The translations under genes were made by a program, and so were the position numbers. A DNA stretch of 64,000 bases from a virus (taxonomy: Duplodnaviria; Caudoviricetes). The notes under the pieces are model-generated. The model was not told the origin of the DNA and ran no database searches. It saw only the letters and a list, made by a program, of their open reading frames with translations. This document shows, in pieces, positions 39,368 through 48,746 of the stretch. Positions within the stretch are counted from its first letter, which is position 1; the number at the start of each line of letters is the position of its first letter. The stretch lies in the IMG/VR virus record IMGVR_UViG_3300011429_000087, positions 64,001-128,000 of that record. One strand, given 5' to 3'.

Positions 39368-40040
39368 AGTATTAGATAATGGCTATGTTACCCTTAAAGA
39401 TATTTGGGGTAGCGATGAGCGAATTATTGAGGCTGCTCGTATGTCCAGCGGTAAAGGCTTCTTAGGATGGGGAACGCTAGAAAAACCCGGGGACGAAAAG
39501 CTTCTTAAGTATCTATGGAAAAATAAGCACACAAGCCCATTCGAACAGTGTGGTTTAACTGTTGAGGTGCAGGCACCCATAATGGTATTTCGTGAGTGGC
39601 ATCGCCATAGAACACAAAGTTACAATGAAATGTCTGGACGTTACACTCAGATTCCAGATATTCACTATTTGCCGGAACCTTCTAGAGTAAAGGCTCAGTC
39701 TAAGGCCAATAAACAGGGAACTGGTAATCAGGAATTACCCCCAGAGATTGTAGCAGAATTCCTTAGTCGTGTTAAAGCAGAACAAGAACAAATTTATGCC
39801 ACCTATCAATGGGCTCTTGATCATGGTATTGCTAAAGAAATTTCAAGGATTAATACTCCCATTTCCAGGTATTCCAGAATGGTGGCATCAGCAAACCTAC
39901 TTAATTGGTTGAAATTTCTTACACTTCGAATGCCAGAAGCGGCACAATACGAGATTCGTCAGTACGCAAATGAAGTGGCAAAGATCATAGAAGAGAAGTT
40001 TCCTCGAACGTGGGAATTATTTATAAATAAGGAAGTCTAA
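39360..40040 (+). CDS. thyX: flavin-dependent thymidylate synthase
   Basis: HTSPFE, RHRTQSYNEMSGRY, AQYEIR. Confidence 0.95.
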   Translation: MTKVLDNGYVTLKDIWGSDERIIEAARMSSGKGFLGWGTLEKPGDEKLLKYLWKNKHTSPFEQCGLTVEVQAPIMVFREWHRHRTQSYNEMSGRYTQIPDIHYLPEPSRVKAQSKANKQGTGNQELPPEIVAEFLSRVKAEQEQIYATYQWALDHGIAKEISRINTPISRYSRMVASANLLNWLKFLTLRMPEAAQYEIRQYANEVAKIIEEKFPRTWELFINKEV

Positions 40041-40041
40041 T

Positions 40042-42174
40042 ATGTTGTTATCAATTTTAATGGCCGCAATTTTAGCTCAATCCGTCAATATTCAGCCACA
40101 ACTTGTTCATATTCCGCCAGAAAAGACTTCTGCTGGTACTTGGCCTAATTGGGACATGACAAGTGTAGATTATACGACCTACACTATTACTTATAATACT
40201 GGCCCCAACGGTTTCTTGGCTAACGGCTTTATAGAAGTTGGTTTTGGTTATCAGTTAAAAGATGATGGCATCACTAATGATCCTCATTATACCAATAATC
40301 TCGACTATATCATAATTCCTAACGACGGTGCTAGAGCAACGCCAGTAGATCAATTTCAAATTACTACGCCAACCGCCGCCAACTATACTACCGTTTCCGC
40401 CCCCGTCAATACAACTATTTCGCTTGAACATAACGCTCATCCTGCCGAACGTATTCTAAAAATATTATTTAATTCCGTATTGCCCGGCAATAGCACCGTC
40501 ACTATTACTTTTGGCGACACTTCCCAAGGCGGCCCAGGAGCACTTATTCCGTGGAACCCCGGCAGACCGAGACTAGTTGTTTTTGAGAAGCGTAATCCCA
40601 ATGTGACTATGGTAGCTTCTCCCACGAATTTTCCCATTATTCTATTTACAGGAAAGAATGCGACTGCATTCGTAGTAAACGCACCGCTGGTTGTAGAGGT
40701 TGAAAAGCCGTTTGAGTTCATTGTACAGGCAGTGCAGGGGAGGGATTTAAACCCCGATGCAGGAATGACTCCTGTTGAAGATTTTACGGGCACTATCGCA
40801 TGGGCTTGTCCAGAAGCCACCCTTATAGGAACACAAACCGAACGCACCTACCTCCGTTCTGATCACGGGGTAAAAAGATTTACTGGTGTTTTTCACTATC
40901 TTGGCTTCTATACAATTGCCGTTAATTCTGATGGTAGTAATCAACTATTAAATCTTCCATCCAATTTATCACTCAGTAACCAAATTAAGGTAGTTTCGCC
41001 CGGCCATTCTGATCGAATTTATGTTGGTGATTTACAGAGACATTCTTGTGAGGGTGGACACGCCGCTATTCCAGATTGGCTATGTTGGCGAGAACTCGCC
41101 AGTCTCGGCGATGATTTTGGAACCGTCGTAGAACATTCCGAATTGTTCTTCTCTGGTTGGCGTCACGCAAATAAAATTGCCCAGGACGCACAACTTTCTT
41201 ATCCTAATTTTGTGGTATTTCCGGGATACGAATATGGATTACCAGGAGCACATCGTCATGTTATTTTTAAGACATTTACTACAGACCCCTCGTTGGCGGC
41301 ATCTGCTACTGCCTCGGCAGAACTTCCTGCCCCGATAGTTGCCCCGACAATTACCGACTTCCTTAATAATCTCCATAATCCACCCACTCCATCAATTCCA
41401 AGAATCGCTATTATTCACCATTCGCTTTGGGACAAATCTAATTTTCCCAACATTCCATTTGAATGGGGCTCTGATCTTGATGATTCCGTACAGAGGTTGG
41501 TAGAAATTTATAGTACGCACGGTTCATCGGAAGTTAATCATACTGGCACTGGCCTATTTGAGTATCCAATTGCCCACGATATTGCTAATGAAAGACCAGT
41601 ATCCGAAACTGCCTCAGTAAGAGACGCCCTAAGAATGGGTTATAAATTTGGGATTATTGGGGGTAGTGATCGGCATGGCTATTATAGAAGCCAGAGTGCC
41701 GGTGACGATGGTGCCGGTCCTTATACGCGGGCCGGATTAGGATTTGTTCATGGGTTTTTAACTACACCAGACCTGAGAGATCGTATTTGGGAAGGTTTAG
41801 AGAATCGGCATACTTACGCTACAACTGGCTCACGCATTTACCTGAATTTTACTGTGCTTGACTCATTTATCGGCATGGGAGATTTTTATTCTGCCGACAC
41901 TCCTCCAATTTTCCATATAGAATCCGCTTCTGCTGGATTAGCACTAAGTTCTCAACCTAAGATAACTGACGTATGGATTATTCGTGATGGCACTACTTTA
42001 GTTGGTTATTTTAGTTATGATCCTGGGCAAACTATTATTAATCAGAATTGGACGGATAATGCCCCAATACTCGACAACCAGTATCATAATTATTATGTTA
42101 AAATCCTTCAAGATGACGGTCAAACCGCATGGTCAAGCCCAATTTGGACTAGTGTTGGTCCTGTGGGTCATTAG
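40042..42174 (+). CDS. secreted PHP-fold metallohydrolase (DUF3604/CehA-McbA-like)
   Basis: Signal peptide; GDLQRHS, EH, GYE, HRHV, VEIYS.HG, GGSDRH, RHTYATTG, AWSSPIW. Confidence 0.8.
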   Translation: MLLSILMAAILAQSVNIQPQLVHIPPEKTSAGTWPNWDMTSVDYTTYTITYNTGPNGFLANGFIEVGFGYQLKDDGITNDPHYTNNLDYIIIPNDGARATPVDQFQITTPTAANYTTVSAPVNTTISLEHNAHPAERILKILFNSVLPGNSTVTITFGDTSQGGPGALIPWNPGRPRLVVFEKRNPNVTMVASPTNFPIILFTGKNATAFVVNAPLVVEVEKPFEFIVQAVQGRDLNPDAGMTPVEDFTGTIAWACPEATLIGTQTERTYLRSDHGVKRFTGVFHYLGFYTIAVNSDGSNQLLNLPSNLSLSNQIKVVSPGHSDRIYVGDLQRHSCEGGHAAIPDWLCWRELASLGDDFGTVVEHSELFFSGWRHANKIAQDAQLSYPNFVVFPGYEYGLPGAHRHVIFKTFTTDPSLAASATASAELPAPIVAPTITDFLNNLHNPPTPSIPRIAIIHHSLWDKSNFPNIPFEWGSDLDDSVQRLVEIYSTHGSSEVNHTGTGLFEYPIAHDIANERPVSETASVRDALRMGYKFGIIGGSDRHGYYRSQSAGDDGAGPYTRAGLGFVHGFLTTPDLRDRIWEGLENRHTYATTGSRIYLNFTVLDSFIGMGDFYSADTPPIFHIESASAGLALSSQPKITDVWIIRDGTTLVGYFSYDPGQTIINQNWTDNAPILDNQYHNYYVKILQDDGQTAWSSPIWTSVGPVGH

Positions 42175-42224
42175 TGTATTGATCAGACGGTATCTAGTAA
42201 GGTAGCGTCTGGTGAATTAAATCT

Positions 42225-42266
42225 GATTCTTCTCCGGTCGCACCCTGTGAATTAGAGGAGAGAATC
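42225..42266 (+). promoter_or_regulatory. RBS-sequestering hairpin upstream of 42267
   Basis: GATTCT(T)CTCC pairs with GGAG-AGAATC immediately before the ATG; inner TCGCA/TGTGA stem. Confidence 0.45.
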
Positions 42267-42749
42267 ATGAGAGAAGTCGCGTCATTAATGGGGTCTGGTA
42301 CGCTGCCATATACAGCGGCAATACTCCATACCACATTAGGTGGTACTTTCGCTGGTACTTTAAGTGCTGGTGCTTCTGATGGCCGAGGTGTCAGAAATGG
42401 CACACAGGTCGTAATATCAAATCCCGAAGATTTAGTTTCGGTGCCAGCTATTCATTCGTCTGGCATTACAGTTGGTACAACGCCAGTCAATATTCTCAGT
42501 CAAGCTAGCCACGATGCCCTATTAAAGCGTGGGCGAATGGCAGAAATCATCAATCTTGGTCCTGGCGACCTCTATATCGGCGGAACGTCAAACGTTACTA
42601 CTGGTCTTGCTGGCGAATCTGGCTTTAAATTAATCGCCCCAACGGCCGGAACGGTCCCACCTCAGAAGGTCAAGCTTCCAATCATGAACGGTTGTGATGT
42701 TTGGGCTGTTGCGAGTGCCGGTACGGACGTACGCATTCTAGTTTACTAA
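42267..42749 (+). CDS. putative virion structural protein
   Basis: Gly/Thr-rich; NxGPG..YIG motif shared with 42778. Confidence 0.65.
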   Translation: MREVASLMGSGTLPYTAAILHTTLGGTFAGTLSAGASDGRGVRNGTQVVISNPEDLVSVPAIHSSGITVGTTPVNILSQASHDALLKRGRMAEIINLGPGDLYIGGTSNVTTGLAGESGFKLIAPTAGTVPPQKVKLPIMNGCDVWAVASAGTDVRILVY

Positions 42750-42777
42750 GTCGCGTTCCAAATAAAGGAGGGCGACT
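42749..42777 (+). promoter_or_regulatory. RBS-sequestering hairpin upstream of 42778
   Basis: AGTCGC-G-TTCC / GGAG-G-GCGACT stem with AAATAAA loop; covers the Shine-Dalgarno. Confidence 0.5.
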
Positions 42778-43224
42778 ATGGCAAAGGAATACGTTGCCGT
42801 AATAGGCTCAGGCACTATACCAAATATAGGGCCATTTACTCCGTCTATGTCAGGAGCTTTTCCTGACGGACGATACCCACAAACCGCCCACCACGGTAAA
42901 TTATATGGCCGTATGGGAACGGGTGCGATTATTCTCAACCCCGAAGATTTTTCTGTCTTCTTGGGTATTCGCTCACAGGCAATCGCCGTTGGAGCGTCAG
43001 CTATTCCATTGCCCACTTCTCCATTGGAAAATCGTCGGGCATTAGCAATTCATAATAATGGTCCAGGTATTATATATATTGGCGATATCAATGTTACGGC
43101 ATTGACCGGATACCCACTTGCAGTAAATGAAAAGATAGGATTAGATATAACCGGAAATGATCATGTAGTTGTATATGGTGTATCTGATAGTACATCTGAT
43201 GCTCGCGTTATAGAATTGGCATAA
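42778..43224 (+). CDS. putative virion structural protein (paralog of 42267)
   Basis: NNGPGIIYIG...VT..TGYPL. Confidence 0.65.
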   Translation: MAKEYVAVIGSGTIPNIGPFTPSMSGAFPDGRYPQTAHHGKLYGRMGTGAIILNPEDFSVFLGIRSQAIAVGASAIPLPTSPLENRRALAIHNNGPGIIYIGDINVTALTGYPLAVNEKIGLDITGNDHVVVYGVSDSTSDARVIELA

Positions 43225-43226
43225 AC

Positions 43227-44408
43227 ATGAGTATTGGTCTAGGTGGATTAGTATCAATAGGTGGTGGAACTGGCGGTAGCAGTGGCTCCGGCGGTAGTGG
43301 CATTATTTCTATTAATGGTCAAACCGGACCAGCCATCGTAGAGATTGGCGTTAACGGTATTACTATAACTGCCGCAGGTAATCAAATTGTATTCAATGCT
43401 GCCGCCCTATCGGGACTTATCACGGCTAATCCGGGCAGTGGTCTTCGAGAGATCAATTCTCAAACAGGCCCCACCATTCAGGTCAGCGGCATTAACGGTA
43501 TCGACGTTTCTCAACCAAGATCAAACTTCATCCTATTAGACTATATCCCTCTTTCGGGGATTTTTGATGTTAATGGATTAGTTGGTCCATCAGTTATAGT
43601 TTCTGGTGTCAATGGTATCAACGTCTATCCAACTGGAGGAATTTTACTTGTTGACGGATTCTCTCTCGTCCCAACGAGTGGTGTATTCCTGATCAATGGA
43701 GAAGACGGACCATACATAACGATTGACGGTGTTAATGGTGCCACAGTCTTAACTGGACCGGACAAGATCACAGTTGATGTATCCGCACTATCTGGTTTGA
43801 TTCAGACATTTACTGGCAGCGGCATTACAAAGATTAATGACCAACAAGGTCCAGAAATTCAAATCAGTGGTATAAATGGTATAACTGTTACTCAGCCACG
43901 CAGTAACTTTATTCTCTTGGATGGAGCCTCGCTATCTGGCTTAATTGGGGCTGGCGGCGGCAGCATGAGCGGCAATGCCTGTTATACAACTACATTTACT
44001 GGTGTTCTAGAACAGACGTTTACGCATTCTCTTGGCACAAAAGCAATCATTGTACAGATTCAAGACACAAATGACGAATTTATATCCGCAGACTTAATCA
44101 CTGCAATAGATATTGATAACGTTAGAATTAGATTTAATGACATACAGTCTGGACGTTTAACCGTACTTTCCTGTGGGGATAATGCTCCAACTCCTAGTGG
44201 TGTTACTAAGTTTGCCGCCTCTTTCTTAGGAATAACTAGTGGATTATTTGTGCATGGTCTTAATACTAGGGATGTGTTGGTTCAAATATATGATGATAGT
44301 GGCCCTCCAAAACAGATGATAGCAGACGATGTTATCATAGATACCCTGGACGCGGTTAGTTTATTATTTAATCAGGCACAGTCCGGCAGAATTGTTATTA
44401 TGGGCTAA
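43227..44408 (+). CDS. Ser-Gly-rich tail fibre / decoration protein
   Basis: About five ~40-aa repeats (INGxxGP...GxNG...LSG) plus two C-terminal HxLxT..VQ..D...FNxxQSGR modules. Confidence 0.75.
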   Translation: MSIGLGGLVSIGGGTGGSSGSGGSGIISINGQTGPAIVEIGVNGITITAAGNQIVFNAAALSGLITANPGSGLREINSQTGPTIQVSGINGIDVSQPRSNFILLDYIPLSGIFDVNGLVGPSVIVSGVNGINVYPTGGILLVDGFSLVPTSGVFLINGEDGPYITIDGVNGATVLTGPDKITVDVSALSGLIQTFTGSGITKINDQQGPEIQISGINGITVTQPRSNFILLDGASLSGLIGAGGGSMSGNACYTTTFTGVLEQTFTHSLGTKAIIVQIQDTNDEFISADLITAIDIDNVRIRFNDIQSGRLTVLSCGDNAPTPSGVTKFAASFLGITSGLFVHGLNTRDVLVQIYDDSGPPKQMIADDVIIDTLDAVSLLFNQAQSGRIVIMG

Positions 44409-44424
44409 TTTATGGGGAAATTGA

Positions 44425-45192
44425 ATGACTAAAATCAATGGCGATCTTATTCCTAGTGCAAGTGGTATTGCAAATCTAGGCGTTAATGGTAATGCTGTCG
44501 GAGCATATGATATCGCTTCGATTGCTCCGTTTGCTCATATACATATGAACTCAGGAGTATTCCATGATACTCTAGCTGGCGAAAGCGGTGTTCTGCGTTA
44601 TAGCCGTGCGGCCAACGCCTTCCAAGTATCAGTAGACGGTGGCAAGACATTTAATAATATCTCTGCTGGGGCAGTAACATCTATCGGAGTTATTGGTGGC
44701 GTCGATCTCACTGGTGCGGTCGATCTTGCAACGGTCGCTAGTGGATTTATGACTATCCAAGACACTGGCGGAGCAAGTCCGCTTGTGTTTTCTGTAGACA
44801 ACCAAGGTCTTTCAGGTTTTTGGCGGTTCCCCGCCCAAGGTTTTAATGGTCGTGTAGTAAATGCTCTTACTGACTTTAATGGTACTGAAGTGCAGGGGGT
44901 CGTTAACGTAGTTGGAGCTTCTGGAATCGTTGCCGATATTATCGGACAAACACTTACAATTGCCGCAGGCAATACAATTCCACGTAGTTTTGCTGCTACC
45001 GTAGGTTCTTCAAATCCTTGGGTTGTCACTCATAATCTAAATAGTCTTAATGTAATAGTTCAGACATTTGATGCGACTGCTGCTAGACTACATATTGAAC
45101 CAGACGATATTGAAATTACCGATTCCAATAATTGTACAATAAGATGGAATCAAGCACAGGCAGGATTAGTAGTTATTTTCGCAGCCTTCTAA
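44425..45192 (+). CDS. fibre-like structural protein
   Basis: SG-rich; C-terminal HNLNS..VIVQ.FD module like that of 43227. Confidence 0.7.
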   Translation: MTKINGDLIPSASGIANLGVNGNAVGAYDIASIAPFAHIHMNSGVFHDTLAGESGVLRYSRAANAFQVSVDGGKTFNNISAGAVTSIGVIGGVDLTGAVDLATVASGFMTIQDTGGASPLVFSVDNQGLSGFWRFPAQGFNGRVVNALTDFNGTEVQGVVNVVGASGIVADIIGQTLTIAAGNTIPRSFAATVGSSNPWVVTHNLNSLNVIVQTFDATAARLHIEPDDIEITDSNNCTIRWNQAQAGLVVIFAAF

Positions 45193-45206
45193 TTAGGTGA
45201 TAGGAT

Positions 45207-46370
45207 ATGAGCAGATTAAATGGCTATCTTGATAGTTTCGTGGACCAAGCGGGTTATAGACAACACGCCGGAATTTGGAGCGGCATATCCCGGGGCGATA
45301 CTATTATCCAGTCTAGTGGCCTAATTGCTCTTAGCGGTTATTTAGGCTTTGAGGCTCGTGTATTGGGCGGAAGTGGGGCCCTTAAATATCAAGGTGGAGC
45401 ATTTGAAGGTTGGCAAGTTAAAATGGCTAATCTAAATCCAAATGCCGGATCTGGACGAGATGGATTTTTCCCTGTCGCCGTTTCTGGTATCTATAGTTTG
45501 CAAGATGTTTATTTTGCTAATCCTGATCTAATAATCCAGTCGAAGGCAAATCCTCGCGGTAATGATCAAATGACCGTTACCACGAATGATCGTAAATTAA
45601 TTTTTATTCAAGGACAAAGGGCACCGATTAATATTTCTGGTGCATTAAAAGTTCCAATCGTTGGTGGTGCAAACTTTAATGTCACTGGCGATCTTGCTAT
45701 GTGTCATCACGCACAAGTGATGCAGTCAAATTCATTTAGCACTCCGGCAGATGATGCCGAGGCTGATGCAAGAGCATTAGGGCCGGGTACGTTGACTCTT
45801 AATACTGGATCTGGTATTATTAATATTTCTACTGGCTCTGGTCTTTGTTTTGTTACTCTGAAAGCAGATACACAACTACCATATCTATTTGATAACTGGG
45901 CAAGAATAGGCATGTCTGGCCTAGCGGTCGAAGATAAAATGTTTACGCCCAATACGACTGGATCTGGTATTAGTTTTATGAATACCGGCATGTATATGGT
46001 GAACTATCATATTACACTACAAAAGACGCTTTCCACTACTTCTAGAACTGTTGCAATTAGAGCAGTATTGAGAAATGCAGGTTCAGAGGGTGAGCAAAAT
46101 AATGCCGGAGGAGCATTGAACGGTTCTGCTAAATTAGCAATCCCCGGAAGTATTGCTTATGGTACGGTTACTAATGTTACGACTCTATCATGGTTTACCG
46201 TTTCGGCCTCATTTATAGTGAATGCTGACGCTGGACAATTCTTAGGATTTGAAGCTGCTGCGGCTAGTACCGGCGGTGCGGCAGGTCAAACTGTTTTTGC
46301 TAGTGCATCTGGTAGTTATGCGATCGTTCAATACATAGGACCGAAGCGTACCTTTCCCGTTCTCGCTTAA
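45207..46370 (+). CDS. fibre / receptor-binding-like protein with C1q/BclA-like C-terminus
   Basis: SG-rich; GISFMNTGMYMVNYHI beta-sandwich pattern. Confidence 0.6.
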   Translation: MSRLNGYLDSFVDQAGYRQHAGIWSGISRGDTIIQSSGLIALSGYLGFEARVLGGSGALKYQGGAFEGWQVKMANLNPNAGSGRDGFFPVAVSGIYSLQDVYFANPDLIIQSKANPRGNDQMTVTTNDRKLIFIQGQRAPINISGALKVPIVGGANFNVTGDLAMCHHAQVMQSNSFSTPADDAEADARALGPGTLTLNTGSGIINISTGSGLCFVTLKADTQLPYLFDNWARIGMSGLAVEDKMFTPNTTGSGISFMNTGMYMVNYHITLQKTLSTTSRTVAIRAVLRNAGSEGEQNNAGGALNGSAKLAIPGSIAYGTVTNVTTLSWFTVSASFIVNADAGQFLGFEAAAASTGGAAGQTVFASASGSYAIVQYIGPKRTFPVLA

Positions 46371-46372
46371 GG

Positions 46373-46708
46373 ATGAACAACATGCTTTCTCTGCTAACAA
46401 GCTTCACTCTTGAAGAGTATGGAGTAATCGGGATTGTTCTACTCACACTGTTTGGGATTGTTCAAAAGCAAATTACTTTTAGTAATAAAATGGCTAGTGA
46501 TCACGCCAAACAAAGAGAAGAGGATCTTGATAAGATCAGTGCCGCCCTCATAATCATAAAAGAGGGTCAAGAGCAACAGACGAAGATGGCTGAAAAGGTT
46601 ACTGAATCTGCTCAGAAGATATCTGAGAATCAGAACCTATTGGCCCAAGATATGAAAACAATTAAAGACATTGTTATTCAGAAATTGCCCGACATTAAAC
46701 AATCTTAG
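46373..46708 (+). CDS. holin-like membrane protein
   Basis: One N-terminal TM segment (YGVIGIVLLTLFGIV) followed by a coiled coil; last gene of the + block. Confidence 0.5.
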   Translation: MNNMLSLLTSFTLEEYGVIGIVLLTLFGIVQKQITFSNKMASDHAKQREEDLDKISAALIIIKEGQEQQTKMAEKVTESAQKISENQNLLAQDMKTIKDIVIQKLPDIKQS

Positions 46709-46931
46709 GCCGGGCAGCTTGAGGATTTGATGTATCGCCCTGACGCATTCGGTCGCCAGCGACCGACGCTTCTTCTGTCATTACAGCCGCTCCGTTTTTA
46801 CGAGTTGGCTTCGGCGTCACTACATCAATAATATCGTCACGTAATTGACGCACCGTTTCATTCGGAACCTTAAATGGTTCAAGCCGTACCCTTAACAGAT
46901 TCATTAATTCAGCGTGAATATCAGTAACCAT
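46695..46931 (-). CDS. hypothetical protein
   Basis: GGAGG RBS before ATG 46931. Confidence 0.6.
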   Translation of the reverse strand: MVTDIHAELMNLLRVRLEPFKVPNETVRQLRDDIIDVVTPKPTRKNGAAVMTEEASVAGDRMRQGDTSNPQAARPKIV

Positions 46932-47385
46932 TCTTTCCTCCAAAAAATGAGTCTCGTAATTTCTGCACTCTTTTATTATGCTTTTTATTAAAAGACTGTT
47001 CCATCGAATTAACTAAAGATTGTTTGGCGGTAGGATCTAACATCCTTGTGCGACCACCCAAAAGCACCTTATCTAATTGTCCCGCTTCTTTCTTCTTAAA
47101 AAGGGCAATCCCGTAAAGACTAGACAACATTTGATTGCTAATACGTTTCGCTTCTCGTGTCCAATCATCTAATACAGTAACTATTCCACTCATATCATCA
47201 ATTAGTCTACTATCATTGAAGAATGTGATGTTATCCCTTTGAGCTTCTAGCTCTGGTAATAGCAAGATAAAGGCCCAATATGCCCGCCTAATTGGATCAA
47301 TTTCGGGATTAATAAGAGTGGAATATATTTCTATACCCTGTCCTACTATATAGTAGGAGTCTGCATTAAAGTAACAATTAATCAT
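46921..47385 (-). CDS. degenerate RNase HI-like protein
   Basis: CYFNAD, AYWAFILLL and NDSRLI..MSG resemble RNase HI motifs, with catalytic acids lost. Confidence 0.5.
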   Translation of the reverse strand: MINCYFNADSYYIVGQGIEIYSTLINPEIDPIRRAYWAFILLLPELEAQRDNITFFNDSRLIDDMSGIVTVLDDWTREAKRISNQMLSSLYGIALFKKKEAGQLDKVLLGGRTRMLDPTAKQSLVNSMEQSFNKKHNKRVQKLRDSFFGGKNGY

Positions 47386-47897
47386 TCTGCTTTAATATTA
47401 AGAGATTCGGCTTTAGTTCTCGCCGATTTATATGGAAGCGGCTCGTTACAGTCTCGACAGATTTGAGTTACCTTACTAGAACCAGACTCTATTCTCGCTG
47501 GGGTTCTATTCATATGAAGACATGGCTTACCATTCTTGTCAGTCCCTTTTGGGAGGGCATCATTAAAGACACCGGGGGTAGTTTCTACGTCTGGTTCCTT
47601 ATATGTTCTACTGGGGATTTTTCTTACAGAACCGTCTGGAAGTTCCAGTGTATCGGCGTCTGCCGTAGCCTCCGTCCGATTTTCAGGAGTGCCACGTTTA
47701 GCAACTGGAGCGGCTCCATTTAATTGGGCTAGCCCGTCACGCGATATGAAGACTTTTTCTAATAGTTCTTTGCATACAGAGCATATATCATAACTACGGC
47801 CAGTCTTTTTACCCTTGCTAGGTTTAATAGTTAACTGATTATCTAAATCGGCCTCTTTTTTACATAGATCACATTCTTCAACAAGTCTCTTAGCCAT
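47382..47897 (-). CDS. hypothetical Zn-binding protein
   Basis: CDLC, CSVC, CLH...CRDC. Confidence 0.65.
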   Translation of the reverse strand: MAKRLVEECDLCKKEADLDNQLTIKPSKGKKTGRSYDICSVCKELLEKVFISRDGLAQLNGAAPVAKRGTPENRTEATADADTLELPDGSVRKIPSRTYKEPDVETTPGVFNDALPKGTDKNGKPCLHMNRTPARIESGSSKVTQICRDCNEPLPYKSARTKAESLNIKAE

Positions 47898-48123
47898 TTT
47901 TATTATCCTCAAAATCTAGTCCACTATTTTCATCATCTTCTTGGGCCTCTTGATGCGAATCTCGCATGGCTTCCATTTCAGCTTCATAACTAAAAATAGC
48001 AATTGCTAGATTACTAGCGGCGATAATTACACTACCATTATCTGTGACACTAGGAATATTTGTATGAACAATCCCTAACGCCTCCTTAAAGGAGGCTTCC
48101 ATAATATCTTTTGCAGTACGCAT
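47890..48123 (-). CDS. hypothetical protein
   Basis: Coupled ORF with acidic tail. Confidence 0.6.
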   Translation of the reverse strand: MRTAKDIMEASFKEALGIVHTNIPSVTDNGSVIIAASNLAIAIFSYEAEMEAMRDSHQEAQEDDENSGLDFEDNKNG

Positions 48124-48746
48124 TATTTTCTCCGATTCATTCGCTTATGGATCTTAGCCATCTTGCGACGTTTTTCCTTTGCTTTATTGATACGGTAATC
48201 ACGTTCGTCATTGAGTCGCTCGTTCTTTTCCATTTGACGTTCCATATGATCATTAATCATACGTCCGCTTAAATGATCCATTTCATGTGCGACAATTTTG
48301 GCTTCGAGCCCACGAAACTCAGTCGTATGCTGCATTCCAAAAATATCAAAGTATGACAGAACGACGGCTTTTGGGCGGGCGATCATAGCAACCATGTTCG
48401 GGAGCGATAGGCAGCCTTCAGCCTTGCGTGTGACCGCTCGGCTAGCGGACACGATGGTTGGATTAATGCATTCGATTACGCTACCGTCGGTTCTCTTCAT
48501 AATAAAGAGGCTGCGTGCAATACCAATCTGAACACCAGCCAATCCCACGGCATCATCACCCAACTTCACTAACTCTTCCTTCATTTTTTGAACAATAGAT
48601 AAATCCTCTGGGGCCAAAGGTATATCGCACGGCAATGACTTTTGTTCTAGAACTGGGAATCGCATATCGAAGTGCGTGATAATAAGAGGTGGTACTGCTG
48701 CGGGTACGAGTTGTGTTTCGGTCGCTACTGGTTGGCTATCCATCAT
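48123..48746 (-). CDS. def: peptide deformylase
   Basis: GLAGVQIG, EGCLS, HEMDH. Confidence 0.95.
   Translation of the reverse strand: MMDSQPVATETQLVPAAVPPLIITHFDMRFPVLEQKSLPCDIPLAPEDLSIVQKMKEELVKLGDDAVGLAGVQIGIARSLFIMKRTDGSVIECINPTIVSASRAVTRKAEGCLSLPNMVAMIARPKAVVLSYFDIFGMQHTTEFRGLEAKIVAHEMDHLSGRMINDHMERQMEKNERLNDERDYRINKAKEKRRKMAKIHKRMNRRK

Noticed and set aside
34679-40040. Thymidine hypermodification pathway (FAD enzyme + dCMP deaminase + kinase)
   Set aside because: No dUMP hydroxymethylase, 5-hmdU DNA kinase or amino-acid:DNA transferase is visible, and ThyX makes ordinary dTMP
43227-46370. Diversity-generating retroelement or invertible fibre cassette
   Set aside because: The repeats are diverged at synonymous sites rather than adenine-specific; no reverse transcriptase or invertase is in the window
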